Below, piece by piece: positions 48,504 through 64,000 of a DNA stretch of 64,000 bases. Each line of letters opens with the position of its first letter. Positions within the stretch are counted from its first letter, which is position 1. The notes beneath the pieces were generated by a model. That model saw nothing but the letters and a program-made list of their open reading frames with translations. It was not told where the DNA came from and searched no databases. Source of the DNA: Planctomycetota bacterium. GTDB lineage: Bacteria > Planctomycetota > DG-23 > JAZDKG01. Location: positions 1,725 to 65,724 of the forward strand of contig JAZDKG010000070.1 in assembly GCA_043803205.1 (NCBI GenBank), read 5' to 3'. The translations under genes and the position numbers were made by a program.

Positions 48504-49126
48504 GACGCACCTCCCACCAAGCTTTCCAGCGCCTGCTTGGTGAAGACGAGCTTGTGCGCGCGGACCACCTCGTAGGCGTTCAGATCCTTGACGGGCAGCA
48601 TCCGCACGAACGGGATGTTCCGCACCGCGCGCCACAGGTCGCCGCTGGGCCCCTCCACCACGAGAAGACACCTCTCCCGCACCCCCGCCTTTGCGAAGAT
48701 CTCCGCGGCGTGGCGCGTCTTGGGCTCCGGCACGGTGAACGCGTCCAGGACCACCACCTCGCCGTCCCGGAACTTCGAGAGCAGCGCGCTGCGCAGGGCG
48801 CCCCGGCGGGCCGGACGGTTGATCCGCACGCTGTAGTCCCGCGGTTTGGGTCCGTGGGCCCGTCCGCCGCCCACCCTTACGGGGGTCCGGATCGGGCCGG
48901 CCCTCGCGCGTCCGGTTCCTTTCTGCCGGTACAGTTTCCTCTTGCTCCCCTCGACCTCCCCGCGGCTCTTTGTCCGCGCTGTCCCGACGCGCTGGTTGTG
49001 TCCATAGAAGATCACGACGTCACGCACGAGACGCTTCTTCACCTTGCCTCCGAGGACGTCCTCGGAGAAGCGGATCGTCTCCCCCTTCGTCCCGTCCTGA
49101 TGATGGATCACCGCAAGTTCGATCAT
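48500..49126 (-). CDS. rplD: 50S ribosomal protein L4
   Basis: MIELAVIHHQDGTKGETIRFSEDVLGGKV.... ATG 49126 inside the track ORF. Confidence 0.9.
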   Translation of the reverse strand: MIELAVIHHQDGTKGETIRFSEDVLGGKVKKRLVRDVVIFYGHNQRVGTARTKSRGEVEGSKRKLYRQKGTGRARAGPIRTPVRVGGGRAHGPKPRDYSVRINRPARRGALRSALLSKFRDGEVVVLDAFTVPEPKTRHAAEIFAKAGVRERCLLVVEGPSGDLWRAVRNIPFVRMLPVKDLNAYEVVRAHKLVFTKQALESLVGGAS

Positions 49127-49145
49127 CCCCGAGAACCTTCCTCTT

Positions 49146-49775
49146 CTATCGCTTCGTCGGTCGGATAATGACATGACCCCCGTTCGCGCCCGGGACGGCC
49201 CCCTCGACGAGCAGGATACCGTTCTCCTTGTCTATTCTCACGACCCGGAGGTTGATCGAGGTCCTGCGGCAGGCGCCCATGTGCCCCCCCATCTTTTTCC
49301 CCTTGACCACGCGCGAGGGCCAGGCGCTAGCCCCGATCGAGCCGGGCGCGCGATGGCGGCGTTTGCACCCGTGCGACGCCCCGAACCCCGCGAAATGCCA
49401 GCGCTTCATCACCCCCGCGAAGCCCCGGTCCTTCATCATCCCTATCACGTCCACGCGCTGAACCCCATCGAGGAGCTCCAGTCCCGCCGCAGAGCCCAGT
49501 TCCACCGCGTCGCCCGCGTCCACCGGCACTTCCCGCACAAACTTCTTGGGTTCCGCGTTCGCCTTCTTGACGTGCCCGGTCTCGGGCTTCTTTGCCAGCG
49601 AGCGTCTCTTATCCTCGTACCCGAGCTGCACCGCGCAGTACCCGTCGCGCTCCGGCGTTTTCACCTGCAGGACCGTGCACGGACCCACGGCGAGGACCGT
49701 CACGCCGACGGCGGCCCCCTGCTCGTCGAAGACCTGGGTCATGCCCAGCTTCTTTCCCAGCACTCCGCGGATCAT
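49146..49775 (-). CDS. rplC: 50S ribosomal protein L3
   Basis: MIRGVLGKKLGMTQVFDEQGAAVGVTVL... Confidence 0.92.
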   Translation of the reverse strand: MIRGVLGKKLGMTQVFDEQGAAVGVTVLAVGPCTVLQVKTPERDGYCAVQLGYEDKRRSLAKKPETGHVKKANAEPKKFVREVPVDAGDAVELGSAAGLELLDGVQRVDVIGMMKDRGFAGVMKRWHFAGFGASHGCKRRHRAPGSIGASAWPSRVVKGKKMGGHMGACRRTSINLRVVRIDKENGILLVEGAVPGANGGHVIIRPTKR

Positions 49776-49871
49776 CCGTCTCTCCCTTCGCCGCCCCGCA
49801 CCCCCGCGAGGCGCTTCTTCTAGAACAGCGGAAGCGCGTCGTCACGCGCTTCGCATCTTTTCCCGTCGCAC

Positions 49872-50180
49872 TCAGGCCTTGATCTTGATGAACACCCCCG
49901 CAGGCATGTTGAGCTTCTGCAGGGCCTCCACCGTCTTCGCCGTCGGTTCGAAGATATCGATCAGCCGCTTGTGCGTGCGAATCTCAAACTGCTCCCGCGC
50001 CTTCTTATCAATGTGCGGACTGCGCAGCACCGTATACCGCTCGATCCGGGTCGGCAGAGGCACGGGGCCGCTTACACGCGCCCCCGTCCTCCTAGCGGTC
50101 TCGACGATATCCGTCGCCGACTGGTCGAGGATCCGGTGGTCGTACGCCTCCATCCGCAGACGAATGCTCTCTCTCGTCAC
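49872..50180 (-). CDS. rpsJ: 30S ribosomal protein S10
   Basis: ...[39 protein letters not shown]... Confidence 0.92.
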   Translation of the reverse strand: MTRESIRLRMEAYDHRILDQSATDIVETARRTGARVSGPVPLPTRIERYTVLRSPHIDKKAREQFEIRTHKRLIDIFEPTAKTVEALQKLNMPAGVFIKIKA

Positions 50181-50273
50181 CCGTGTGCTCCTCTCGCACT
50201 TCCAGGCGTCGTACAGTCGCCAGACATAGGCTCCCCCCGGCTTACAAAGGCCGAGAGATGCCGAGAAATGTCT

Positions 50274-50302
50274 ATTTTAGAGACCGGGCCTGCGCTGGTC
50301 AA
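50274..50302 (-). promoter_or_regulatory. near-consensus sigma70 promoter TTGACC-N17-TAAAAT in the fusA-rpsJ intergenic region (internal S10-operon promoter)
   Basis: reverse complement of 50274-50302, in a locally AT-richer 256-nt gap. Predicted TSS about 85 nt upstream of the rpsJ start. Confidence 0.5.
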
Positions 50303-50436
50303 CAAGAATTACCAAATCAACTCCTGAATTTCCAAGAGATTACATCCCCTCGCCCCCCCGGCCAGACCGCCGAAACCTTCCTCACGTCACAGGCGGGCGA
50401 TTTGACCTAACATACTTGACCCGCTTGGCGTTACAG

Positions 50437-52497
50437 CTACATCAGGATCTTGGCAGCGATCCGGTCCGGCACCACCCGGTATTCCAGGGGCTCCATTGTG
50501 TAGACGGCCCGTCCCTGGCTGATCGAGCGCAGGGTGCTAGCGTACCCGAACATCTCGCTCAACGGCACGACGCACTCGACCACCCGCGTCCCGTCGAACT
50601 GCTCGATGCGCTCGATCTCCGCGCGTCGGCTGTTGAGGTCGCTCATCACGTCCCCGAGGTACTCGACGGGGATCGTGACCTGCACCCGCATGATCGGTTC
50701 CAGAAGCTGCACGCCTGCCGCATGCGCGGCGTGTTCCAGCGCGCGTCCCGCCGCCCCCTGGAACGCCACCTCGTTCGAATCCCTCGAATCGTAGGCGCCT
50801 CCCACCACGCGCGCCCGCACGTTGATCATCGGGTACCCCGTCTTGATCCCCGTCCGCACGGCGTCCGCCAGCCCCTGTTCCACGCTCGACTGGAACTGCT
50901 TGGGTATCTGCGTTTCCGCGACGGCGAACTCCACTTCGATCGGACGGTTGCTCGATACGACGTCGAAATCTATCGCCACCTGGGCGTACAGCCTGCGGGC
51001 CCCCACCATTTGCTCCACCTTGCCCTCGCCGCGGACGGCGCGCTTGAGGGTCTCCTTGTACGCCACCCGGGGCTGACCAACGTTCGCCGTCACGCGGAAG
51101 TCCCGCTCCATCCGGTTCTTGAGCACATCGAGGTGCAGTTCCCCCATCCCGCTCACGATGAGCTGTCCCGTCTCCTCGTCGCTGTGCCACTCGAAGGTCG
51201 GGTCTTCCCGCGCTAGTCGCGCGAGCACATCGAGCATCCGGTCCCGGTCGCGCACGGACTTAGGCTCCATGGCCATCGAGATCACGGTGGACGGGAACTG
51301 CACGCTTTCGAGGTACACCTCGTGGTGGGTGTCGCAGAGCGTGTCCCCGGTGCTCGTCGCCTTCGGACCGGTGACGGCCACGATCTCGCCGGGACCGGCC
51401 TCGTCGGTGCGCTCGTGCCGGGAGGCCTGCACGTGATAGATCCCGGTGATGACCTCCTTCTTATGCGCGCGAGGGTTCGCGACCCTGGTTCCGCACTTGA
51501 GTCTTCCCGAGTAGACGCGCACCCACACGTATTCCTGGTGGGCGTCGCTGGTGACCTTGAACGCCAGCGCCGTCAGGGGCTCCTTCGGGTCGGGCCTGCG
51601 CTCGACGGTCTTTTCCTTTTTCGGGTCGAAGGCCCGCACCGGGCCGATGTCCAGGGGGCTCGGCAGGTACGCGGGAATCGCGTCTAGGAGGAGCTGCACC
51701 CCCTTGTTGCGCAGGCTCGCACCGCAGAGCACCGGCACCAGCTTCGCGGAGAGCGTTGCGGCCCGGATCGCCCGACGCAGATCCGCGGCCTCGACCTCGA
51801 GCCCCTCCACGTACTTCCTCGTGAGCTCGGCGTCGAAGTCGGCGACGGCCTCGACGAGCGCCTCCCGTCCCCGGCGCGCCTCCCGACGTCTCTCCTCCCG
51901 GATCTCCTCCCGGATCACCCTCACCCCCGCGGACTCCTCGTCGAAATACACCTCCTGCATCTCCACGAGATCGACGACGCCGCGGAACTCCCCTTCCGCG
52001 CCGATCGGGAGCGTCGTGACGACGGGCGTGCAGGACAGACGCTTCCGCATCTGCTCCATCACGCGCCACAGGTCCGCCCCCACGCGGTCCAGCTTGTTGA
52101 CGTAGCATATGCGGGGCACGCGGTACTTGTCCGCCTGGCGCCAGACCGTTTCCGACTGCGCCTCCACGCCCCCCACGCCGCAGAAGATGACCACCGCCCC
52201 GTCGAGGACGCGGAGGCTGCGTTCCACCTCCGCCGTGAAGTCCACGTGTCCGGGGGTGTCGATGATGTTGATCCGGTGCCCCGCCCAGTTGCAGGAGACG
52301 GCCGCCGACTTGATCGTGATTCCCCGCTCCTGCTCCTCTTCCTCGAAATCGGTCTCGGTCGTCCCCTCGTCGACTTCGCCGAGCCTATGGGTTTCCCCCG
52401 CGTAGTACAGGATCCGCTCGGTGGTGGTGGTTTTGCCCGCGTCGATGTGCGCCACGATCCCGATGTTGCGCACTTTCTCGATCGGAACGCGCTCCAT
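50437..52497 (-). CDS. fusA: translation elongation factor G
   Basis: 686 aa. ...[25 protein letters not shown]... and ...[26 protein letters not shown].... Confidence 0.9.
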   Translation of the reverse strand: MERVPIEKVRNIGIVAHIDAGKTTTTERILYYAGETHRLGEVDEGTTETDFEEEEQERGITIKSAAVSCNWAGHRINIIDTPGHVDFTAEVERSLRVLDGAVVIFCGVGGVEAQSETVWRQADKYRVPRICYVNKLDRVGADLWRVMEQMRKRLSCTPVVTTLPIGAEGEFRGVVDLVEMQEVYFDEESAGVRVIREEIREERRREARRGREALVEAVADFDAELTRKYVEGLEVEAADLRRAIRAATLSAKLVPVLCGASLRNKGVQLLLDAIPAYLPSPLDIGPVRAFDPKKEKTVERRPDPKEPLTALAFKVTSDAHQEYVWVRVYSGRLKCGTRVANPRAHKKEVITGIYHVQASRHERTDEAGPGEIVAVTGPKATSTGDTLCDTHHEVYLESVQFPSTVISMAMEPKSVRDRDRMLDVLARLAREDPTFEWHSDEETGQLIVSGMGELHLDVLKNRMERDFRVTANVGQPRVAYKETLKRAVRGEGKVEQMVGARRLYAQVAIDFDVVSSNRPIEVEFAVAETQIPKQFQSSVEQGLADAVRTGIKTGYPMINVRARVVGGAYDSRDSNEVAFQGAAGRALEHAAHAAGVQLLEPIMRVQVTIPVEYLGDVMSDLNSRRAEIERIEQFDGTRVVECVVPLSEMFGYASTLRSISQGRAVYTMEPLEYRVVPDRIAAKILM

Positions 52498-52541
52498 GAT
52501 CCCTCACCGGAAAGCGCAGAGCCTCTGCGTTCCCCCCTAGC

Positions 52542-53018
52542 TTACCACGCGAAGTGCGCGAACGCCTTGTTGGCGTCCGCCATCTTATGCACGTTCTCCC
52601 TCTGGGTGTGGGCGGCGCCCTCGCGGTTGTATGCCGCCACGAGCTCGTCGGCCAACCGATAGGACATCGCCTTGCCCTTGCGCGCGCGGGCGGCCTGGAT
52701 TATCCAGCGAAACGCCAGCGCCTGCTGCCGCTTGGGCCCGACCGACATCGGGACCTGGTACGTGGCGCCCCCAACGCGCTTCGAGCGGACCTCCACGTGG
52801 GGCTTCACGTTGTTCACGGCCGTTTCGAAGATCGTCAGCGCAGGCGTGTCCTTGATCCGGTCCTCGACGAGCTGCATCGTCTGGTAGAAGGTCCTCTGCG
52901 AGACCGCCTTCTTCCCGTCCCACATCATCGTGTTGATGAACTTGCTGACGAGCGCGCTTGCGTACCGGGGATCCGGTCGCAGCGACTGGGCGGACTTCGT
53001 CCATTTCTTCAGTGCCAT
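52542..53018 (-). CDS. rpsG: 30S ribosomal protein S7
   Basis: ...FINTMMWDGKKAVSQRTFYQTM... Confidence 0.92.
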   Translation of the reverse strand: MALKKWTKSAQSLRPDPRYASALVSKFINTMMWDGKKAVSQRTFYQTMQLVEDRIKDTPALTIFETAVNNVKPHVEVRSKRVGGATYQVPMSVGPKRQQALAFRWIIQAARARKGKAMSYRLADELVAAYNREGAAHTQRENVHKMADANKAFAHFAW

Positions 53019-53033
53019 GCGGTGCTCTCCTCG

Positions 53034-53405
53034 CTACTTGGGCGTCTTGGCGCCGTATTTCGAACGCCCCTGCCGACGCGCCTCCACGCCGCTGGCATCG
53101 AGCGTCCCCCGGATGATGTGATACCGCACCCCGGGGAGATCCCGTACCCGCCCACCCCGGACGAGCACGATCGAGTGCTCCTGGAGGTTGTGTCCCTCCC
53201 CCGGGATGTAGGCTGTGACCTCTTTCCCGTTGGAGAGCCGCACACGCGCGACCTTCCGAAGCGCGGAGTTGGGCTTCTTGGGGGTCTGGGTTTTCACGAT
53301 GCGGCAGACGCCCCGTTTCTGGGGGCACCGGTCCAGCACCGGGCTTTTGGAGCGCCGTCGCACTTTCCGCCGGCCCCGTCGCACCATTTGGTTCGTGGTA
53401 GGCAT
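53034..53405 (-). CDS. rpsL: 30S ribosomal protein S12
   Basis: [57 protein letters not shown]... Confidence 0.94.
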   Translation of the reverse strand: MPTTNQMVRRGRRKVRRRSKSPVLDRCPQKRGVCRIVKTQTPKKPNSALRKVARVRLSNGKEVTAYIPGEGHNLQEHSIVLVRGGRVRDLPGVRYHIIRGTLDASGVEARRQGRSKYGAKTPK

Positions 53406-53430
53406 GCCTTTCCTTTCTATGTTCCTTCTC

Positions 53431-57624
<4,194 letters not shown>

Positions 57625-57675
57625 GTTGCTAGGCCTCCATCTCGGGTGTCCCGACCCGCCCCGTCGCGGGGCCCG

Positions 57676-60600
57676 TCACTCCTGCAGGCTCCCCACCGCG
57701 GACTTCTCGAGCTGCATGTTCAAGCCCAGCCCCCGGATCTCGTTCGTCAGCACCTCGAACGACACGGGGGTCCCGGCCTCCAGGGTGTTCTCTCCCTTGA
57801 CCATCGACTCGTAGATCTTCGTCCGGCCCTCCACGTCGTCGGACTTCACCGTCAGGAGCTCCTGGAGGATGTAGGCCGCCCCGTAGGCCTCCAGCGCCCA
57901 CACCTCCATTTCCCCGAAGCGCTGTCCGCCGAAGCGCGCCTTGCCTCCCAGCGGCTGCTGCGTGATGAGGCTGTACGGTCCCGTCGCCCGCGCGTGCACC
58001 TTGTCGTCCACCAGGTGATGCAGTTTCATCATGTAGAAGTAGCCCACCGTGACCTTCTGGTCGAAGGCCTCACCTGTCCGTCCATCATGGAGCACGGCTT
58101 GCCCGTCGGGGGTAAGGCCCGCGCTGACCAGGGCCTCCTTGATCTCGTTTTCCTTCGCGCCGTCAAAGACCGGCGAGATCGCCTGGAATCCCAGGATCTT
58201 CGCCGCCCATCCCAGATGGGTCTCGAGGATCTGTCCGACGTTCATTCGGCTGGGCACGCCCAGCGGGTTGACCACGATCTGCACGGGCGTCCCGTCCGCG
58301 AGGAACGGCATGTCCTCCTTGGGGAGGATCTTCGCGATCACGCCCTTGTTCCCGTGACGGCCGGCCATCTTGTCGCCGACCGACAGCGTCCGTTTCGTCG
58401 CCACGTACACCTTCACCATCTCCAGCACCCCCGGCGGAAGCTCGTCCCCGCGCCGCAGATGCCCGATCTGCCGGTCCTGCTCGAACTGGAGCTCTTCCAC
58501 GATCTGCTCGTAGGTCTCGTAGATCGCCAGCGCCTTGCGCCGCGCCTCGGGCGGGATGTCGAACTTGGCGAAGTCCAGCCCCTCCGAAAGCTCGAGGAGC
58601 TCCTGCTTGCCGGCCTCGCCGGTCGTATGCACCACCAGCCCCGAGTCCTTCATCCGCATGCGGAACTGGCCAGCCTCCTCCATCGACCGGATCATCTCCC
58701 GCATCGCGGTGGTGATCTTCTCCTGGTACTCTTCCTCGATCCGTTTGCTTTCGCGCTCGGCCTTCCGGCGCTTGGCATCCGGCTGGTGCGTCAGCCTCGA
58801 GAACTTCTGCACGTCGATCACGATCCCCTCGACCCCGCTGGGCACTTCCAGGGATTCGTTCTTCACGTCCTCCCCGGCCTTGCCGAAGATCGCGTGCAGG
58901 AGCTTCTCCTCCGGCGAGAGCTCGCTCTTGGACTTCGGCGAGACCTTTCCGACGAGGATGTCCCCCGGTCCCACCTTGGTCCCGATCCGGATGCCCCCGT
59001 CCTCATCCAGGTTTCTGAGCGCCTTTTCGCTCACGTTCGGGATGTCGCGGGTGAACTCCTCCTTCCCGAGCTTCGTCTCCCGCACCTCCACCTCGAACTC
59101 CTCGATGTGGATGGAGGTGTAGACGTCCTCGTGCAGGAGCGCCTCGCTGATGAGGATGGCGTCTTCGAAGTTGTACCCGTCCCACGCCATGAAGGCCACG
59201 AGCACGTTCTTGCCCAGCGCGAGCTCTCCGTGGAAGGTGGCGGCCCCGTCGGCGATCACGTCCCCCTTCTTCACGCGGTCCCGCTCCCGAACCACGGGTC
59301 TCTGGTTTAGGCAGGTGCGCTCGTTCAAGCCCACGAACTTCCGCAACCTGTATTCCTTCTCCCCCACGACGATGCGCGTGGCGTCCACGTAGTTCACCAC
59401 GCCCTCCTCCTCCGCGCGCACCACCATCCCCGAGTTCTCGGCCACGGCCCGCTCGATGCCCGTGACCACGATCGCGGGCTCGGAGACGAGGAGCGGCACC
59501 GCCTGCCGCTGCATGTTCGACCCCATCAGCGCCCGGTTCGCGTCGTTATGCTCGAGGAACGGGATGAGGGCCGCCGACACCCCGACGAGCTGCTTCGTCG
59601 AGATGTCCACCACGTCCACCTCATGGGCCTCGCAGGTGGTGAAATCGCCCAGGTAGCGCACCGGGACGGGTTCCGCGATGATCTCCCCGTTCGACTTCAC
59701 GTTGATGTCGGCCGGCGCGATTCGCAGCTCCACCTCCTCGTCGGCCCGCAGCAGCCGCACCTTGTCCGTGACACGCCCCCGGCGCACGACGCGGTACGGC
59801 GTCACCAGGAACCCGTATTCATCGACGCTGGCGTAGAGCGACAGCGAAGAGATGAGACCGATGTTCGTCCCCTCGGGCGTCTCGATCGGACAGATCCGCC
59901 CGTAGTGCGAGATGTGCACGTCGCGCACCTCGAAGCCCGCGCGCTTCCGGTTTAGGCCTCCCGGTCCCAGGGCGCTCAGCCGCCTCTCGTGCGTGAGCTG
60001 CGCCAGCGGGTTCGTCTGGTCCACCACCTGGGAGAGCTCCCCCCTCCCGAAGAAGTACTCGATCGCGCTCGAGATCGTTTTGGAGTTCACGAGCGTCCGC
60101 GGCGTCAGTTCCTCCGGCTCCTTGAGGCTCATCCGCTCCTGGACGGTGCGTCGGAGCTTCAGGAACCCCTTGCGGATCTCGTCGCTGGCGAGTTCCCCGA
60201 TCGTCCGCAGCCGCCGGTTCCCGAGGTGATCGATGTCATGACCTCGCCCTCCCCCGCCCGCAGCTTCATGAGGTACCGAATAGCGTTCACGAGATCCCCC
60301 TCGCGCAGGGTCATCTCGGTTTCCGGCAGCTCCTGCCCGAACTTCCGGTTCAGGCGGAAGCGTCCGACCCGTCCCAGCCGGTACCGGTTCGTGTCATAGA
60401 ACTTCTCATGGAAGAGGTCCCGCGCCTTCTGGATGCTGGCGGGGTTCCCCGGTCGAAGACGCTTGTAGAGGAAAAGCAGCGCGTCCTCGTGACTGGCGGT
60501 CGTGTCCTCGGCCAGCGAGTTGAGAAGGACCGGGTCCGCGTTCGCGTCGATGAGCTCGATGGTCCCGCCCCCCTCCTTCCTGAACTCCCGGATCGCATCC

Positions 60601-61358
60601 TCCCGCATGCGCTCCCCCGCCTTGAGCAGGACGGTCTTCCCGTCCTCGCCGACGATGTCCTCGACCACGTACATCCCGCGCGTCTTGCTGGCGAGCCTGG
60701 GCTCCTTGGTGTTGAACTTCCGCGTCGGGTAGAACGCGCGCAGGATCGCCGACGAGCTCGAGAGCTTTTCGCTCATGGCGCGCAAGAGACAGGTCACGGG
60801 GAGCTTGCCGGACTGGTCGATGCGGACAACGATCGCGTCCTTCTTCGTGACGTTGATCTCGATCCAGCTCCCCCGCTCGGGGATGATCCGGCAGCTTTGC
60901 AGCCTCTTCTCCTCCAATCCCCCCTCCTCCAGGAAATCCACGCCGGGCGACCGGTGGAGCTGACTGACGATCACCCGCTCCGCCCCGTTGATGACGAACT
61001 CCCCTCCCCCCATCATGATGGGGATCTCCCCGAGGTACACCTCCTCCTCAACCGGCTGCGCTTTGTTGAGTCTCAGGTAGACCCGGAAAGGCTTGCCGTA
61101 GGTGAGCCGCAGCTGCCGACACTCCTCGGGGGAGTACCGCGGCTTGGAGAGATCGTAGCCCAGGTACTCCAGCGACATCGTCTTGTCGTAGCTCTCGATC
61201 GGAAAGACCTCGCGCAGGACGGCTTCCAGGCCCTTGTTCATGCGCTTCGGCCGCGGGACGTCCTCTTGCAGGAACTCCGCGTAGGCGCGCGTCTGGATCT
61301 CCGTCAGGCTGGGGACGTCCAGGACCTCTTGCACCTTGCCGAAATACCGCTTTTCCAT
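57676..61358 (-). CDS. rpoB: DNA-directed RNA polymerase subunit beta, disrupted by an apparent 1-nt deletion frameshift near 60238-60240 (track ORFs 60159..61358 and 57676..60132)
   Basis: N-terminal ORF ends ...[11 protein letters not shown] then out-of-frame [10 protein letters not shown].... C-terminal frame reads ...[43 protein letters not shown]... continuously. Restoring one G in GAGGTC(G)ATGAC gives the conserved [13 protein letters not shown]. Confidence 0.9.
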
Positions 61359-61514
61359 GGGATCGGGTCCCTCACAAACGCTTTACCGTGAGCCCACCGC
61401 ACCCCCGCAGAGGTACAGAAAAATCCCACCCCGCCGCAAAGGGCGCCGCCGCGCTTGCACCTGCCCTCCCTCGCCTTGCGCTCAAGACACCTCCCCGGTC
61501 TCTCCGGCCGATCC

Positions 61515-61937
61515 TCACTTGAGCTCGACCGTCGCGCCGGCTTCCTCGAGCTGCGCCTTCATCTTGGCCGCCTCGTCTTTCGTAACGGCCTCTTTCACGC
61601 TCTTCGGCACCCCCTCGACGAGGTCCTTGGCCTCCTTCAGTCCCAGGCTCGTGATCGCGCGCACGACCTTGATCACCTGGATCTTGTTTGCGCCGAAGGA
61701 CGTGAGCACGATGTCGAACGCGCTCTTCTCCTCCTTCGCCGCGGCTTCTCCCCCTGCCGCGGGCGCCGCCGCCACCACGGCCACGGGAGCCGCCGCGCTC
61801 ACCCCGAATTTCTCCTCAAAGGCCTTCACGAGCTCGCTCGCCTCCAGCAGCGTCAGCCCGCTCACGAGATCGAGGATCTTCTCGACCTTCTCGCTCACCG
61901 CACCTTGTCCCTTCTTCTCACCTTCGTTCTCTGCCAT
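61515..61937 (-). CDS. rplL: 50S ribosomal protein L7/L12
   Basis: ...[52 protein letters not shown]... Confidence 0.92.
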   Translation of the reverse strand: MAENEGEKKGQGAVSEKVEKILDLVSGLTLLEASELVKAFEEKFGVSAAAPVAVVAAAPAAGGEAAAKEEKSAFDIVLTSFGANKIQVIKVVRAITSLGLKEAKDLVEGVPKSVKEAVTKDEAAKMKAQLEEAGATVELK

Positions 61938-62523
61938 CGTCTCCTCCGTTGCCTGGAACTATCGCCCCGGGGATTGTCCCGGAGGCTTGTCCTGAACTCT
62001 CCGACTCCTTGGCCAACTTGTCGCGGTACCCCGCGAACGCATATCCGAGTGACCGCGCGAGCCCCGCGAACGCGCCCGCCACGCCGCGCAGCGGCGCCGC
62101 CATGAGCCCCACGATCTGTCCGTACAACGCCAGGCGTGACGGGATGCGACCCACGGCCTGCGTCTCGTCGGCGTCCAGCGTCCTGCCCTCCACCAACGCC
62201 CCCCTGACGGTCAGGGTCTTGCACTCCTTCGAGGCGCCCATCACCGCCTTCACGAGCTCCAGCGGGTCTTGCCCGCCCGTGGCGACCGCGCAGGGTCCGC
62301 CCAGCAGCCTCCCGATGTTCTTGCGACCAGCCTGCTCGAGCGCCCGCTCGAACAGGCTGCTCTTTACCACATGGATCTCGACTCCCTTCGACGCCAGCGC
62401 ACCGCGCACGACGCCAAACTCCTGCGCCGACGTCCCCTGATAGCCGCACACCACGCAGTCCCGCACCGAGCCGTAGCGCTGCGTGAACTCCGCGACCGTC
62501 CGTTCCTTGATCGCCCTGGCCAC
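61918..62523 (-). CDS. rplJ: 50S ribosomal protein L10
   Basis: [19 protein letters not shown]...; overlaps the rplL start by 20 nt. Confidence 0.9.
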   Translation of the reverse strand: MARAIKERTVAEFTQRYGSVRDCVVCGYQGTSAQEFGVVRGALASKGVEIHVVKSSLFERALEQAGRKNIGRLLGGPCAVATGGQDPLELVKAVMGASKECKTLTVRGALVEGRTLDADETQAVGRIPSRLALYGQIVGLMAAPLRGVAGAFAGLARSLGYAFAGYRDKLAKESESSGQASGTIPGAIVPGNGGDDGRERR

Positions 62524-62552
62524 CCAACCTTCTCCTTCGTTCTACCCGCCCG

Positions 62553-63233
62553 TCAGGCGGTCTCCAGCAGCACCCCGGGGCCCATACTCGTCGAAAGGTA
62601 CACTTGTTCCACGAACGTCCCCTTTGTCGTCGCGGGCCGGCTGGCGCGGATGTGCTCCGTGAACGCGCGGATGTTCTCCTCCAGGTCCTCCGCCTTGAAG
62701 CCCACCTTTCCCACGGGCGCGTGCACGTTCCCCCCCGTGTCCGTCCGGTACTCGACCTTGCCCGCGGCGAACTCCTTCAGCACCTTTACCACGTCGGGGG
62801 TCACCGTTCCGCTCTTGGGGGACGGCATCAGGCCTTTCGGGCCCAGGATGCGTCCGAGCTTACCCACGCGCGACATCATTGTCGGGTGCGCGATCGCCAC
62901 GTCGAATTCCATCCACCCTCCCTCGACCTTCTTCGCGAGGTCCTCTCCGCCGGCCTCGATCGCGCCCGCCTTTTTCGCCTCTTCGGCCAAGGCACCGTCC
63001 GCGAAGACGACGACCCGCACGGTCTTGCCCAGCCCTTTCGGCAGCGACACCGACCCGCGGATCGCCTGTTCCGCCTTCTTCGGATCGACCCCCAGCTTCA
63101 TCACGACCTCGACGGTCTCGTCGTACTTGCACGGGCGGAACGACTTCAGCACCTGCAGCGCCTCGGCGATGCTGTAGTGCTTTTCCCGATCGACCTTCCC
63201 GGCGTTCTCGATGTAGCGCCGACTTCGTCTCAT
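62553..63233 (-). CDS. rplA: 50S ribosomal protein L1
   Basis: ...RRSRRYIENAGKVDREKHYSIAEALQVLKS... Confidence 0.92.
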   Translation of the reverse strand: MRRSRRYIENAGKVDREKHYSIAEALQVLKSFRPCKYDETVEVVMKLGVDPKKAEQAIRGSVSLPKGLGKTVRVVVFADGALAEEAKKAGAIEAGGEDLAKKVEGGWMEFDVAIAHPTMMSRVGKLGRILGPKGLMPSPKSGTVTPDVVKVLKEFAAGKVEYRTDTGGNVHAPVGKVGFKAEDLEENIRAFTEHIRASRPATTKGTFVEQVYLSTSMGPGVLLETA

Positions 63234-63254
63234 GTCCTCGCCTTCCTCTCCCCC

Positions 63255-63683
63255 CTAGTCCGCCTCGACCTCGATGCCCATGCTCCGCGCCGTCCCCTCA
63301 ATGATCCGCACGGCTTGGGGGATGTCCCGCGCGTTAAGGTCGCGCATCTTCTTCTGCGCGATCTCCACCACCTGGCTGCGCTTCACCTTTCCCGCCACCT
63401 CTTTCGAGGGGTTTGCCGCGCCCTTCGCCAGGCCTGCCGCCAGCTTGAGCAACACCGCCGCCGGGGGCGATTTCGTGATGAACGTGAACGTCCGGTCGTT
63501 GTACGCCGTGATCTCCACCGGGATGATCATCCCCGCCTGGTCGCGGGTCTGCTCGTTGAAGCGCTGGATGAACTCCGGGATGTTTAGTCCGTGCTGTCCG
63601 AGCGCGGGCCCGACCGGCGGCGCGGGAGTCGCCTGCCCCGCCGGCACCTGCAGCTTGATTTTCGCGACAACCACCTTCGCCAT
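63255..63683 (-). CDS. rplK: 50S ribosomal protein L11
   Basis: [35 protein letters not shown]... Confidence 0.92.
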   Translation of the reverse strand: MAKVVVAKIKLQVPAGQATPAPPVGPALGQHGLNIPEFIQRFNEQTRDQAGMIIPVEITAYNDRTFTFITKSPPAAVLLKLAAGLAKGAANPSKEVAGKVKRSQVVEIAQKKMRDLNARDIPQAVRIIEGTARSMGIEVEAD

Positions 63684-63696
63684 TCGTTCTCGCTCC

Positions 63697-64000
63697 CTAG
63701 ATCGGCTCCACCTGCCAGTACTCGAGCTCCACAGGCGTCGCGCGGCCGAAGATCGTCACGATCACCTTCACCAACCCCTTCCCCGCGTTGACCTCCTCCA
63801 CAACGCCGTCGAAGTTCTCGAACGGCCCCTCCTTGATCTTGACGCTGTCCCCCTCCTTGAAGTTGATCACCAGCCTCGGGGCTTCCTCGGTCCGTTTGGC
63901 GTCCCCGAGCATCTTTTCGACCTCGTGGTCCGCCATCGCCACCGGGCGACGCTCCGCCCCGATGAAATCTCCGATCCCCGGGGTTTCCCGCACGAGGTAC
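63697..64000 (-). CDS. nusG: transcription termination/antitermination factor NusG, C-terminal KOW part (5' end beyond window)
   Basis: ...[54 protein letters not shown]. Reading frame stays open to the window edge. Confidence 0.85.
   Translation of the reverse strand, partial: YLVRETPGIGDFIGAERRPVAMADHEVEKMLGDAKRTEEAPRLVINFKEGDSVKIKEGPFENFDGVVEEVNAGKGLVKVIVTIFGRATPVELEYWQVEPI

Noticed and set aside
57676-61358. Treating 60159..61358 and 57676..60132 as two separate genes (split rpoB)
   Set aside because: The downstream frame encodes conserved RpoB sequence (DIDHLGNRR...) upstream of its first Met, and the two frames meet at a single missing nucleotide. Called as one frameshifted rpoB instead.

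Overview
High-GC bacterial chromosomal segment in two parts. Left ~35 kb (1-35,200): lipopolysaccharide-core / ADP-heptose biosynthesis and glycosyltransferase neighbourhood on both strands. It contains a GntR regulator, flavin reductase, ruvC, an MsbA-like ABC exporter, two GT9 heptosyltransferases, and fused hldE plus gmhA. A second, split HldA/HldC-like pair is present, with a B12-binding radical-SAM enzyme embedded in the heptose operon. Further genes are lpxK, an isocitrate-dehydrogenase-family gene, three GT4 and two GT2 glycosyltransferases, an ArnT/PMT-like GT-C membrane protein, plsY, mutS, a STAS/RsbW-like partner-switching pair, and a HIT protein. Two unusual proteins carry two and three tandem WaaP/Kdo-kinase-like domains. 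Right ~29 kb (35,198-64,000): one uninterrupted minus-strand ribosomal superoperon nusG(partial)-rplKAJL-rpoBC-rpsLG-fusA-rpsJ-rplCDWB-rpsS-rplV-rpsC-rplP-rpmC-rpsQ-rplNXE-rpsZ-rpsH-rplFR-rpsE-rplO-secY-adk-map-infA-rpmJ-rpsMK-rpsD-rpoA-rplQ. It lacks tuf between fusA and rpsJ and has no rpmD (L30). rpoB is interrupted by an apparent single-nucleotide deletion frameshift. No rRNA, tRNA, CRISPR array or obvious mobile element was recognised. The ORF track is full of long spurious antisense or extended ORFs typical of GC-rich DNA. Several gene starts were therefore re-set to internal ATG/GTG/TTG codons, using ribosome-binding sites and 4-nt ATGA overlaps.
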